A stretch of DNA of 61,150 nt, counting the filler, from Basidioascus undulatus (Eukaryota), in assembly GCA_000826855.1 (NCBI GenBank). It is 9 parts of 9 records of this genome, joined end to end, with 100 filler letters (N's around TTAATTAATTAA, not from the genome) between each part and the next. Parts side by side here need not be neighbours in the genome. Positions count along the whole stretch, not along the records: positions 24,913 to 28,772 come from JTLS01002301.1; positions 28,873 to 32,722 come from JTLS01002302.1; positions 32,823 to 36,667 come from JTLS01002303.1; positions 36,768 to 40,551 come from JTLS01002304.1; 5 more parts are not named here. The stretch is one strand, 5' to 3'. The position numbers and the translations under genes are program-made. Below the pieces are notes generated by a model. That model ran no database searches and was not told the DNA's origin. It worked only from the letters and a program-made list of their open reading frames with translations. Shown here one piece after another: positions 24,992 through 36,994 of the stretch; positions within the stretch are counted from its first letter, which is position 1; each line of letters opens with the position of its first letter.

Positions 24992-27334
24992 TCACCGATC
25001 CAGAAAGTGGTTTTGGGCGTGCTGCCAGACGCTCTTTAGCACGAACGCCTCGGACAGGAGGAGCTCGATCTCGTGGTCGCCCCAGTCCTGCGTCGGGAGG
25101 GACTGAAGGAACATGATGATGCCCTGCGTCGATGATGCAAGCCAGTCAGCTAGATGAGGAGGGAGGACGAGGGAGGCGGGACACGGACCTGGAAGTCCAT
25201 CCCTTGCAGCTGCTGCGACCACTTGACGAGGAAGGCTGAGCAGACCTGCCAGCCAGTCGCGTAAGCTCTCCCCGCGCACAGGTCCCGAGCCGAAGTTCAA
25301 CGACGCACGTAGAGATGAAAGTGCGAGAACGCATCCGTTCCCTCAGCCTGTTTTCGCGCAGCATCTCAGTCTGCTATGCCCCAATCCGGTCAAGGAAGGA
25401 GGGGCAAGACGGAGACTTCGACGCACCAAGTACGTATCCCACATCCGAATGACGTTCTTGACGCTCATTTCGCGCATAAGCAGGCAGTTGACCCAGCGAA
25501 ACGCGAACTGGATGAACTCGACTCCCTGCGCTTCCAGATGCGCTGCGAGAGGGGCTGTTCATTCCCCAAAACACCCCAGACCACCTCTCAGTCAGTCTTT
25601 CCATTTGAACTGACGCGGACAGCAGCCAGGGAGGCGATACGCACCATCGATCCTGCTCGTGAGCTCGCGCATGCGGCGCACCTGCCGCTGGATGCCCGGC
25701 TGCGAGTGGATGTAGTTATCCTGGATCCCGTCAAGCAGCTTAGACAGGCACCAGAACGTGTCTGCCTCGACGGCCTGGAGGACTTGCGGTGGGAGGTGGG
25801 AGGGGTCGAAGATTTCGGGGTCGCTGTCTGCGGGTGGGGGGCGCTGTCAGCGGAGGGCGTGGGGCAGAGAAAGGGAGAGGGAAAGTGAAGGAAAAGACGG
25901 ACCGATGTAGGCGGAGAGGAAGACCTCGAAGAATGGCGTGGCGAGGTCGTTGATACCCTGGACGTACCCGCTCGCAGGGTGTCGGATCGCCCAGACATAC
26001 AATATCCTTTCCAGCGCCTACCCCCGCACGCACCGCGACCCACCCCAACATCATCTCAGCGACCTTCTTTCCTTATCGCCTCCCGCCTCCGCCTCCTCTC
26101 CCCAGACTCACCCGCTGCGTGCTCTCAAACTGCCACAGCCGGTTGCCCGGGTTCGTGCGCGGGACGTCGATCGAGATCTGGTGCCATATGGGGCCGTCGC
26201 GCGCGCGTGTGGGGTCAAACGCGAGCGCGACGGCGGAGGCGTACTCGGCGCGCTTGCGCTGGAGGGTCGGGAGGCGGCGCGAACAGGTTGAAGGCGTGTA
26301 GGCGAGGAGGAGCTGCCAGACTATGGGGCGCAGCTCGGGGGGGATGCCGGACCAGGAGAGGCGGCGGAGCTCGGCTGCATCACCACACCAGCAGCACCCG
26401 GAGTCAGAACAGAGGACGCGCGGGAGATGGATAACGCACGTAGATGGGGGAACGGGGGAGGGAAGAAGACACGCACACATCTCTACGTCCCCATCTTCCC
26501 CTCCTGCAAGAATGTTCGCGAACCTCTCGCGCTTGCGCTCGGTGCGCACGCTGCCTGTCCGCCGGAGCAGCGAATCTGTTACCGGACCGATCGGCTTCTC
26601 GGGGCTGTCGCTGTCGCCTGGCGAAGACGCTGCGCGGGATGGGCGGGCGAGTTTGGGCGGAAGGAGGAGGTTCATGGAGGAGAGTGCTCGGAAGGGGTCT
26701 GGGTTGCACGCCTCTCCTCTTTCAGGCTCGAGTACACCAGTTCAGGGAAGATGACAGACGCACCCTCTACAAGTTCCAGCGCGTCTGGTCTAACGGCCTC
26801 TTTGCCCTCCTTCATCTTCGGCGCCGCAGTCTCCTCCGACTCGACCGTCTCCCCATCTTCCCGAACGATCTCCCAGGCGCCTCCGTCCTTGCTGGGGCTC
26901 TCCCGGTGCGCAGCAGCGCGCCCGCCATTGGACGCCGTGCCCGGCGACGCAGCTCTGTAGCTCTCGGGGCTGGGCGCCGTGACATGCGTGTAGCTGAACG
27001 CAGCGCTCTCGCTCTTGCCCGAGCCGACCTTCAGCGGCGGCCGGCGCGGCGCCGGGATGGGCATTGCGCCCCTGCTGGTGCTCGGCAAGACATCCTCCGT
27101 GTCGGAGTCGTCTGCTGCCCAGGGGTCGGCGTACGAGGACGCGGAGGAGGAGGACGAGTAGAAGATGTCTGAGGACGCGGGGGTCGGGAGCGAAGACGTC
27201 GAGCGTGTCGCGTGGGGCTTGGAGCTGCTGCTGCTGCTGCCGCTGGTGTTTGAAGTGTAGAGGATAGAGGACGAGGGCGTGGTGAACGAGTGCGAGTTGA
27301 CGCGGGCAAGGGGCGGCGCGTGTGAGTGCTGCAT
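24992..27334 (-). CDS. GYP1: TBC-domain Rab GTPase-activating protein (Gyp1/TBC1D22)
   Basis: Spliced ELRRLSWSGIPPELRPIVWQLLL, WHQISIDVPRTNP, LERILYVWAIRHPASGYVQGINDL, RMWDTYLAEG...FHLYVCSAFL, MDFQGIIMFLQSLPTQDW...ELLLSEAFVLKS. Confidence 0.95.
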
Positions 27335-27661
27335 TGGGTGCAACTGGGAGGGGGGCTAGGGGATCGGGGCGCGGGGGAAGAGCAGCAGGTGATGGCAGGG
27401 TATCAAGGGGAGAGGGAAAAGAGCGTAAAGACTGAGTGCTGGGCAAGGAAAGGCAGCTGGTGGGGCTCTGTGGGAAGCAGGAAGGCGCTCGCTGGCGATC
27501 AAGGACCGGTCCGTGTACGGTGTGTGGGGCGATCCTAACCTGACCTCGCTATCTGCACTATCGCAGTGGAGCAGCTGTATCCGCATTCCATTCCGCGCTC
27601 CACCATCTCACCCCACTCTACAACCCAGAGTCTTCACACATTTTAACACCCAGGACACAAC

Positions 27662-27865
27662 ATGGAGCTCAACGTCGAAACAGCCAAAGAGCTGCTCTCC
27701 AACCCACCGCCCGACATCAAGTCCATCCTCGACAACGCCCCGCCCGAGATCCGCGAGGTCATCGCCCAGGCCCAGAGCGAGCTCCGCGCAAAGGGCGCCG
27801 AGACGGGTGCGAGAGAGGGGCCGTCGAGCAAGGAGGCGGTCAAGAAGGGTACGACGGGGGCTTGA
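27662..27865 (+). CDS. Small hypothetical protein (67 aa)
   Basis: Single-exon ORF with good start context (caacATG), strongly GC3-biased codons and an internal 11-aa duplication. Confidence 0.55.
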   Translation: MELNVETAKELLSNPPPDIKSILDNAPPEIREVIAQAQSELRAKGAETGAREGPSSKEAVKKGTTGA

Positions 27866-28176
27866 GGCGTGATGATGGGGAGAGGTTGGAAGGCGAGAAG
27901 TGCAGGAGATGAAGCGCCGTGGGTGTGGACATTGCAGTGTAGGCGGTGAGAATTCTCGGATAGTTAACGAAACATGTTGTATTGCTGTCATGTCAAGTAA
28001 ATAACACACGCGGTGTGAATTGCGTGCTTGCCTGTGAGTGTCGCACCCACGCACAGCGCAGGCAGCCCAGTCGAGCTCAAGCAAGTACAGTTTCATCGTT
28101 CCTTCAAGTGTCGAGCGTGTTGAGTTCGTCATCACACGAAATACTGTCCAGCAGTCCAACTCCTGCTCATCAACCT

Positions 28177-28772
28177 CTACCAATCGCCGTCGTACCGCTT
28201 GTACATCGACGCGGCCCAGTAGCTCTCGCCGCGCCTGGGCCCGTGGTAGTAGCTCGACGTGTCGCGCGAGCGCTGCTGCCCCGACACGTGCGCGAGGTTC
28301 TGATACTCGCCTGCAAGATCAGATGCATGAGTACGCATCCGCAGAGTGATTTGAGTGCAACGACGCACCGTACGGCGTGCTCGACACCCCGACCGCCGCC
28401 GCGGGCGCTTTGCCCTTCCCGCTACCCGTCAACTCGTCCAGCGTCGCGCGGCAGTACACGCAGGTGACCTGACAGTGTGGTGAACGCATGACCTCGATAA
28501 GGGAGGAGTGCGCCGAAAGCGTACCTCGCCCTTGGAGCGTTTCGACATGACCCTGCGGAAGAGCGGAGGGACAGAGTGAGCAGTGCGTGCTGAGCTCAGT
28601 TCGCGCGAAGAAATGCGCATACCATTGCTGGTAGCAGTCCTTGTGGAGCGCGTTGCCGCACCCAGCGACAGAGAGATCGAACCAGAGCTTGTCCTCCTCC
28701 TTCGGGTCGAGGTCCTCAAAGCTTTCTTCCGTCGCCCGTTTCAGCACCACATCGAGCCTCGAGCCGTCCGTT
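28177..28772 (-). CDS. RING-type zinc-finger protein (SWIM/RING-like), 3' part, truncated by the linker
   Basis: CGNALHKDCYQQW...VTCVYCRA and C-terminal GEYQNLAHVSGQQRSRDTSSYYHGPRRG across three introns. Confidence 0.75.
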
Positions 28773-28872
28773 NNNNNNNNNNNNNNNNNNNNNNNNNNNN
28801 NNNNNNNNNNNNNNNNTTAATTAATTAANNNNNNNNNNNNNNNNNNNNNNNNNNNNNNNNNNNNNNNNNNNN

Positions 28873-29715
28873 CAGACTCCGCGGCGGGCTCAGCAGCGGC
28901 GGCAGGCGCAGCCTCGGCGGCGGCGGCGGCGGGCTCGTCCTCCTCGGTCTCCTCGGGCTCCTCGGAGAGGGAGGCGGGGGCAGGGGCAGAGGAAGGAGTG
29001 GACGAGGACTTGGCGGTAGCAGCACTCACCTGGAAGTGGAAAGGACGGGGGCGACGAGATAAGATTGTCGCGGGGAACAGGGGAGAAGACGGAAGAAACG
29101 CACATCTTGGGAAGTCATCTGCATGATGAGCTGGAAGACGTTTGGCGGGACGGTGCGCTCGTAGATCATGATGAGCTCGACGGGCGAGGGGTAGACCTTG
29201 AGCGCCTTGAAGAAGGACGACGCGGCGGCGACGGCGGAGCCGGGGCCTGCCAAACAAACATTGCACCCACGGGTAATCAGACCCCACACCGCCAACTGAA
29301 ACAAGGTACCGACGCAGAAGACTCACCCATGGCAGAGAGGACCTCCCCGTTCCCGACGCACTGCATGAAGTACGCCTCGCGCTCCTCGGCGCCCTTGGCG
29401 GAGCGCAGGAACGCCTCGACCTCGATGTTGGCCTCGAGGACGGCAGCCTTGAGCGCGGCGGACGTCGCCTTTGCGTCCTTCTCCGCGGCGGCCTTGGAGA
29501 TCTTGTGCTGCTTGACCGACGCCTTGCGAAGCGACTTGCGGAAGTTGGGGTCGTTCCGGCGCTTGTAGTCAAAGTAGACGGCGTAGGAGGCGCTGCATGG
29601 GGGTCGTGTCGAAAGTCGTTAGATGAGGGTGCCTGAGGGTTTGATAGGGAATATAGACGTACACGCCAGCCAGGGCGGTCGCTGCTGCGATGGAAACGAT
29701 GGTCGAAGTCCGCAT
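28873..29715 (-). CDS. TOM20: Mitochondrial import receptor Tom20; 3' end cut by the linker
   Basis: MRTSTIVSIAAATALAGVASYAVYFDYKRRNDPNFRKSLRK...EAYFMQCVGNGE...FFKALKVYPSPVELIMIYERTVP. Confidence 0.95.
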
Positions 29716-30850
29716 GGCGGGGGTGCGAGAAGACGGACGAGGCGGTGATGGTAGTGCGAAGGCAAGCCCAAGGGGAGAGCGATTTTCAAGTGCGTCACAG
29801 TTGCCCTCCGACTGTCCGACAGCGTCCGGCTCGCCATGACAGGCCCCCTGCCGCCCGCTTAGATATCCTGCACATTTCTTTCAGTTTTCGGTCGATTCGA
29901 GCATTCTTTGTGAAGTACGGTGTTCCGACCAGAACGCAGCACAGCCGGCCCGACTTCACGGAGTTGCGCCCGTTTCACAGCGTCCATGCGTCTCATCCTT
30001 TCGCTTCTGTTTTTATGTGCTTTTATCCTAGACTGGCCCCATATACCTAATTACGGTACGGCCGCAGATCCGCCCCAGTCTCCCGGCATGTCCAACCTGA
30101 ATTATGCCTCGATTTCCTCGTTTACCGGCCTCAAACATTTATGTACCCTTTCCCCAATAAGGGGTTCGCATGTTAAAGCTCAACACTCTGTCAGGCATGG
30201 TACAGCGGCCCGTCCGATGCAAACAACCCACATCGTGCCAGATGGTCCTTTGCAGGCACGCTGTCCGAAGATGAGAACATGGCGGTTGAACTGGTTCTGC
30301 TCCAACACTGAGAGCTTGCTATGGGAGGCTTCTGAGTTTCAGTGGGGCTGCTTTAGGTAACGTGCGGCCGGCAGAGGGGCTGGGACGGTGTTGATATGCT
30401 CGAGGGTGACTGCAGGAACACCGTGACCACCGATTGCGCAAGCTTCTTGCTGGGCTGGAGTAGACTGTGATTCTGGCAATAGTATCCTCGATTCTTCTGT
30501 AGCCGGAGGACATTCATAGCATCAGATCAGCGCGCGCCGATCGTGAAAACTGCCAGTACTGGGCGTCACTACTGCGTTGCTGAAGCATGTGCAGACTCCT
30601 CTTGTGTTGGGGCAGGGGCTCATATCACAAATGCTTGATTACATAGCACCTGCAATATCACCACTGATACAGCCAGATTGCAACTGAACAGTATAAGTGC
30701 AGCCATCTCCTCTTTGGCGCTCTCAGCCAATGAGTCCGACCAACCTGGACGCCCACCCCACGCGCGCGTCGCAACTTCACTGCGTGCTCACAGCTTACCG
30801 TTCATCTCAGTCTCAGTCCGCCACCATCCGCTCGCTCTCTCCAAACAACA

Positions 30851-32722
30851 ATGGCCAATCCAGCATCCACCTCCTCTTCCTCAGCGCGCAAGCGCAAGCG
30901 CAGCGGCGAGTCTACCCTCACTCACTCACACAGCGCGCACGTGCACGCGCACGCGCCACCTGTCGCGGCGCTCAAGACCAAGCCCAAGGGCGGGGAGCGG
31001 TCCCGCTATTTCGGGCATGAGGATGGCGATGAGGAGGGTGGAGAGGATGATGAGGAGACTCTGATGTGGAGTCCGACGGAGGCGGGTCACGCGAATGCGC
31101 GGGACAAGGGCAAGGGGCGCGCGGCGGGAGGTGGGGATGAGAAGGACGCGCTGGCCAGGGAGGTCGAGCGCATGAAGAAGGAGATCGCGTTCAAGGACGC
31201 GCTCATTACGCGGCAGACGGACAGTGAGTCGCGCCCTCTCTTGATGGCTGGCGTGGACGCGGACGCTGATGGGGGGGGGTTCCCGCGACCAGCTCTGAGC
31301 CAGATCGAGTGGGTAGAGCACCTCTTTCCTTGTGGTGTCGAACATGCTGACTCGCTGTTTCTAGCTCCGCACTGCACTGCTCAATCTGCCTAGAGTACAT
31401 GTCCGACCCCTTCTCGTACGTCCACCATCTCTTGTCCCCAACACCCTCACTCACCCACTACCTCCCCAGCCTCTCCTGCGGCCACGTCGCCTGCTACACT
31501 TGTCTGCGCTCTTGGCTTACGCGTCCCTCCGCGGAAGACCCTCCCGACGAGCAGCACCGTCCGCATGGGCACGCCCCGCGGCGCAACAAGGTATGCCCCT
31601 CGTGCCGGGCGCCCGTGCGCGCGCGCCCCGCCGAGCTCTTCCTCGTCAAGGACCTCGTGGGCCTATCTGCCGCGTTCCAGGGCGAGTCGGGGCTCGTCGA
31701 GGGCGCGGAGGTGCGCGAGCCGGGGAGGAACCCGTGGGAGGGCATCTTTGGGGAGGATCGCGCGGGGAGGGCGCTGTTTGATGAGGAGGACCGGATTAGG
31801 CGGTGCGTTTTGTGCACGCATGAGATCACCAATGGGGTCTGCACGAACTGGTGGGTCATTTTCCCGTCTCGTCTTTCTGCGGCGAGGCGCGGGATCTGAG
31901 CTGATGGGGTGGTGCGCGGTTCCGCAGCGGGGAGGAGTACTCGGACTCCGAAGACGGGGACGGGGACGGCTCCGAAATAGACGACATCCATTACCTGAAT
32001 AACCTCGTCCTGGGCGACCCCGCCGAAGACGAGATGGGGGCGCACGAGCTGCTCGGCTTCCTCGGCCCGCACCACGAGGGCGCGTACTACTCGGGCGAGG
32101 ACGAGGACTGGGGGGATGAAGAGCAGCCCAACTCGTCCGACGAGGACTTCATCGACGACGGTCCTGCTGAGCCGGAGCGTGAGCCCAGGGCACGCGAGCG
32201 CCGGGAGCGCGCGTTCCGCGCTGCGATGCGGCGGCGGCGTGCGGAGCCGGAGGAGGAGGAGGAGGAGGGCAGCGCGGAGGACGACGACTCGGAAGTGCAG
32301 GTTGTGGGCGGGCGCCATAGGCGGCTTAGGCATGGGGTTGTGGATGCTGAGGCTGAGGAGAGCGGGAGCCAGGACGGGGAGGGCAGCCGCGGGGGTGAGG
32401 AAGACATGTGCGTCTGCTCTCCCTCCTCCCTGTCATTCTCCCGACTAAAATGACTCCCACGCAGCTATGGCGAGGACGACTTCCTCCCCTCTCGTTCCTC
32501 CTCCCGCCACCGGCGGCGGCGCGCCGCCTCGCCGTCCTCCTCGCCCCCGCACTACCCCGTCCCCGGCGCGTACATGTCCGAGGACTCAGACTCCGAGCGC
32601 GCGGGCGGGTACGCGTACGCGGCCGAGCCCGCCTGGCGCGGGATGGACGACGCCGCGGAGTTTTCGTCTGAGGAGGAAGAGGAGCCGGAGGAGGACGAGG
32701 AGGTGGGCGTGCGGAGGGTGGG
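30851..32722 (+). CDS. RING-finger E3 ligase with a second C4 finger and acidic tail (Psh1-like); 3' end truncated
   Basis: LHCSICLEYMSDPFSLSCGHVACYTCLRSW...CPSCRAPV, then RRCVLCTHEITNGVCTNCG and a D/E-rich region; includes a 16-nt exon. Confidence 0.8.
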
Positions 32723-32822
32723 NNNNNNNNNNNNNNNNNNNNNNNNNNNNNNNNNNNNNNNNNNNNTTAATTAATTAANNNNNNNNNNNNNNNNNNNNNN
32801 NNNNNNNNNNNNNNNNNNNNNN

Positions 32823-33096
32823 CCTGGTTGCCGCCGCCCCGCCCCCCGCCGCTGCTGTGCCGACCAAGATCTCCATCACCCCCGCGGCCAACCCGCTCAA
32901 GAAGCCGGGCAACGTCTTCAAGGCCGCGGCTGCTGCGAAGCCGAAGCCTGCGGCAGCGGCGTCCGCGCCTGCACCTGCGAAGACGGGGAGCGCGCCCAAG
33001 AGCAACGTCGAGGCGCTCATGCTCCAGGATCAGGCGTGGAAGAAGAGGAAGGAGGAGGGCGCCGGGGGGGCGCCGGCGAAGAGATTGAAGCTCTAG
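32823..33096 (+). CDS. C-terminal fragment of a Lys/Ala-rich protein, possibly fungal Kin17-like
   Basis: TKISITPAANPLKKPGNVFKAAA...SNVEALMLQDQAWKKRK...AKRLKL*. The 5' part is lost at the linker, and the family guess comes from memory of the tail only. Confidence 0.5.
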
Positions 33097-33754
33097 GGCT
33101 GGACCGTGGCGTTTCTGGGCTCTAAGTTGATTTCTGTACTTCCGCATTGTACGAGTTCCCTGTATTGCTTTTAACCTTCGGATACCAGCTTGCTATGCGA
33201 CGCTGGGTTCTGTTGTGTATAGTGGTGTTTTGAGTAGAACTTTGGTGTAGGATATGGAGCGTAAGGGCTGGAAGATACCCTTCTGCAGCTTTTGCTCGAG
33301 CTCTGGTGGCGAGCGAGTTGGTTGCCGGAGTTGCAGTTGATCCACTCCCCACAGAGTGCTCGTAGTCGTACGGCTGTACCTCAGCCGACTGTTTAGCCCC
33401 ATTCGACAACATACGAAGTGACAATCCACATACAGCTTTTTTTGGCATCATAGATCTTGACTTTCTTACGCCGGGCATGGCTTTGCAGAGGAGTGGGCAG
33501 GAGGAAAGTTTTAGACAACACGCAGGGCATAAAGAGCAATCGCGTGAGCACGTATTTTCTCCACATACACGACACCCAGAAGCATAAAGAAGAGTGGTGA
33601 AGGTGGTTGCTGTCAAGTTGTTCTCGAACCTATGCTATGCAGCCTACCCCTCGTATCCCTTTTAACGAGCTTTCGGGGCCTGTGTAAAGATCCCAAATAT
33701 CTCCGCGCCCGAAACGGTGGCTTTAAGAATGGGCTTTAAGAAAGGGGAAAAAAC

Positions 33755-33832
33755 TGCTTGACCCGTGAATCGAACACGGGGCGGGTCGAAATCCTTTGGC
33801 AACGACCCAGGTTACCACTACCCCAGCCAAGC
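33755..33832 (-). tRNA. tRNA-Gly(GCC) with a 7-nt intron (33790-33796)
   Basis: Minus strand GCTTGGC-TG-GGGT-AGTGGTA-ACCT-G-GGTCG-TT-GCC-A[AAGGATT]T-CGACC...CCGTG-TTCGATT-CACGG-GTCAAGC-A, followed by a T6 Pol III terminator. Confidence 0.93.
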
Positions 33833-34332
33833 TACAGTATGTCATTTCACTTTAATTAAGGAAAATCTTGGGCAACATGGGAGCTTGACGCCTCAACCTG
33901 GGGACCACCGCTTTTCCACAAATATGAAAAGGGCAGGTGCTTGATGTACTTGTTTTTCCAGGGCATATCAGCTCGGAAGCACTTTATGTTGCTCGATTCT
34001 GCAATTCTTCTCCGCTGCATGCCTCCGTCTCGTTCAACAGCCTCCTTCGGAAAGCCCTGGAGATCACATACAGTTTTTTGTTGTCACATTAGCGAACCAC
34101 GGCTGTCAAGACAAGATACACGACATGCGCCGAGACAAGCAGTGAAAACAACCCGCAGCATCCCCTTCAGCACGTCGCTGTGGACGTTTACACCCGCTCA
34201 CTGACCACTCCCCACCGTCTCTTCTCCTTCTCCCTCCAACACACCCTCCCCGATCCCACTCGCACATGCTCCTCAACCGCTTTGTTTGCCTGCCTGCCTG
34301 TAGCACTCCGCTCGGCAGCCTGAAGCCTTGCC

Positions 34333-34935
34333 ATGAATCGCTCTAAGATGGACTATAACGGTGAACTTTACCACATCCCGCAACCTGGGCCTCACCAAGG
34401 CACAGCATCTGAACCCTGCCTTTTACATCTCCACAGTCGGTACCGACCTGCCCTCGTCCACACTGGAGTCTTTACCCGTCCCTAGCCCCCAGCCCCTTGG
34501 ACGTCTACAAGTGCCTCACCTCCCCCCTCTCCTCCCTCTCCGCCATCCCCCCCGGTAACTACATCATCAACCTCCTTCCCGGCTCCAGCGTGGAAGCGCA
34601 CGTCCAGCTCGCCAAAGACTGCGGCGCCGAGATCCTACGCGTACTACTCGGATCCGTTGCTGGGATACAGCGGCTATTTCCCGGGCGGTGTGCATCTGAG
34701 TAGGCAGCGGCGATTTCGCTTTCCGTGTGCACTCTGTTCCTCCTCGGGCGAACGTTCAAGGAGAACAGGCGCAATGTGAACCGCTGTGCACTTTGTTTTG
34801 GGGTAGCTGAGATCTGAGCGTCGTCTCTTGACCCCCTCCCCTGAGTTCTTCGCCGACCTCTACGAGCAGCACGAGCGTGCGAAGGAAGTCATATTGGTCT
34901 CGAAGAAGGCACGTTACAAGCCCTGCACGAAGTAG
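34333..34935 (+). CDS. Small protein with possible peptidase-inhibitor I9-like segment, paralog A; may be degenerate
   Basis: DVYKCLTSPLSSLSAIPPGNYIINLLPGSSVEAHVQLAKDCGAEILRV aligns by eye with the downstream copy; boundaries approximate. Confidence 0.4.
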
Positions 34936-35451
34936 TCTTGCCTTGAGTAGGAGGGTTGAGAAGGGACGGACCGGCGTGAAGCGGGCGGGGTACTGGAAAG
35001 ATCATGTCGGATGTCGTTCTCTTGGGTGTTCATGATTTCGCATCATTGGCATTCTTTTGCCCATATTTCCACTTCCCGCGTTCGAGAGTTCTGTAGTGCG
35101 ATGAGGGGGTGGCGACTCACTTGAAACAGCTGTCCCTAATCCTTTCCGTTCCGCGCCGGCATCCGACTCTGCTTTACTCAAAGCGCTCAATTTCGATCAT
35201 TCTCAGACTTTGACGAGAACATCATCAGCTTACACTGTGATGAGCGACGGGCTCGAGAGATAGCTTATACTTTAGAAGGTGCCAAGTCACGCAGTGAAAA
35301 CATCCTGCTGTGTTTGAATTTGCACCCGTCGTCTGCCTACTACTCACCACCGGTCCACCACCACCGCCTAGTCCTCCTACCGCTTCGAGCTGGATCTTCA
35401 ACGTCTCCCGCGTTCACCAAAGGTTTCCTTCCCACAGCTCCCTTGCGTAGC

Positions 35452-36051
35452 ATGTCATAGATACTTAGCCCCCAGCCTTCAGCGTGTGACTTTCGCGCTT
35501 CGCCAGCAATAGCCAGCACGCCGCTCCCTACGCCGACCTGCGCACCATTTCAGAATACATAGACCGTACCCGACCCTGGTTTCTCTCCACACTCGGCGCC
35601 GACTCTCCCAAACTACGTTGCATTACCTCTCGATCCCGAACCTCCCAGACGCCTACAACTGCACGCAGAACCTCCTCTCTCAGCTCTGCACCGTCCGCCC
35701 CGAGGAATACATCATCATCCTCACCGTCGACGCGGACGTCAAGGCACACCTCCAGCTCGCCCAAGCGCGCGGGTCCCAAGTTGCAGACATACACCACTTG
35801 GCGGGGCGGCCGTGGTACGTCGGGAAGTCCCGCAAGGAAGTGAGTGAGCGAATCGTTTTGACGTTGGTTCGGCCCGCGCTAAGATGGTGCGTGAGGGTGG
35901 TCAGTTCTTCCCACGGCTGGGTGAGCAGCCGGAGAGAGCGAAGGAAATCTTGTCGGTGACGAAGAATGCGCGCGTGGAGAGTGGACCGGCTCGAGGACGC
36001 TTTGCTAGGTGCTTGAATAGAGAGGGCTTTGAGGGAAAGAATATCCCGTAG
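35452..36051 (+). CDS. Small protein with possible peptidase-inhibitor I9-like segment, paralog B; may be degenerate
   Basis: DAYNCTQNLLSQLCTVRPEEYIIILTVDADVKAHLQLAQARGSQVADIHHLAGRPWYVG; boundaries approximate. Confidence 0.4.
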
Positions 36052-36239
36052 ATGATCTTGCTGAACGACGTGCGAAGAAGCGGAATGTGCTGTCGTGGGG
36101 CCTCAGCCTCAACCACAACCACGCCAAGCCAGACCGGCGAACGGAGCAACCCAAACCAAAGTGAACGTCGAAAGGCGCTGGGCGCGGGATCCATGGTGGT
36201 TGACAGGTGTACAGGACAGTGCGGGCGGTGCGGGGGAGA

Positions 36240-36667
36240 CTAGATCGGCTGTGGGGAAAGGAGAGAGAGGGAAGGGGGGTGAGTTCTTGTGGGGGCTCGA
36301 GCGGAGGAGGGGACGGTTGGTAGGTGGATTGGGGGAAGGAACGGACTTTATAGTAGATTGTGGAAACGAACTGTGTGTGTTTCTTTAAGTCCTCGCGCAA
36401 AAAGCGACAAACAGGCCAGGCGAAGAAAATAAGCCCACCTTCCGCTTGTACCTAGTAGTCGTCCCCACCGCCAGCACTCCCCCCCTAATAGCGCTCGCTG
36501 TCAAATGCTGCAGCGTAACGTGGTTGGGGACAGGCAGGACGGAGTTATCGTCCAGCGTCGCCCCCGGGGGCGCAGTGCTGGTGTGCGCCGGCTGAGAGTT
36601 GAGGACAACGCGCTCGAGCTGACGCGGGAGCATGGGCGGCTCGGGGAGCGGGGGAGGTGGGAGGGAG
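36240..36667 (-). CDS. SNF1/AMPK beta subunit (Gal83/Sip2 family), C-terminal ASC domain; 5' part lost
   Basis: LPRQLERVVLN...DDNSVLPVPNHVTLQHLTASAIRGGVLAVGTTTRYKRK|FVSTIYYK|PI*. Confidence 0.93.
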
Positions 36668-36767
36668 NNNNNNNNNNNNNNNNNNNNNNNNNNNNNNNNN
36701 NNNNNNNNNNNTTAATTAATTAANNNNNNNNNNNNNNNNNNNNNNNNNNNNNNNNNNNNNNNNNNNN

Positions 36768-36994
36768 GAACGACCGCGATGCGACGGCCGGTCACGGTTC
36801 TTCTCCCGCTCCCTGTGGCTTTCCCTGTCCCGATCGCGGCCCTTCTCCCGCTCCCGGCTGCGCTCGCGGTCCCGGTCGCGACGATCGTAGTCGCGCTCGC
36901 GGTCCCGGTGCCGCTCGCGCGAGTCGTCCCGCCTGCGCGAGGTGCGATCGCGGCTGTGGGAGCGGTGTCGGGAAGAGGATGGTGAGGCGGGCAT
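36768..36994 (-). CDS. N-terminus of an RS/RD-rich protein (probable splicing-related factor), truncated by the linker
   Basis: MPASPSSSRHRSHSRDRTSRRRDDSRERHRDRERDYDRRDRDRERSRERE. Confidence 0.7.

Noticed and set aside
29024..29033. CAG|GTGAGT in TOM20 (minus strand) as a recursive or zero-length exon site
   Set aside because: The sequence reads in frame as VSAATAKSS into a plausible acidic tail, and no second intron is required or visible.
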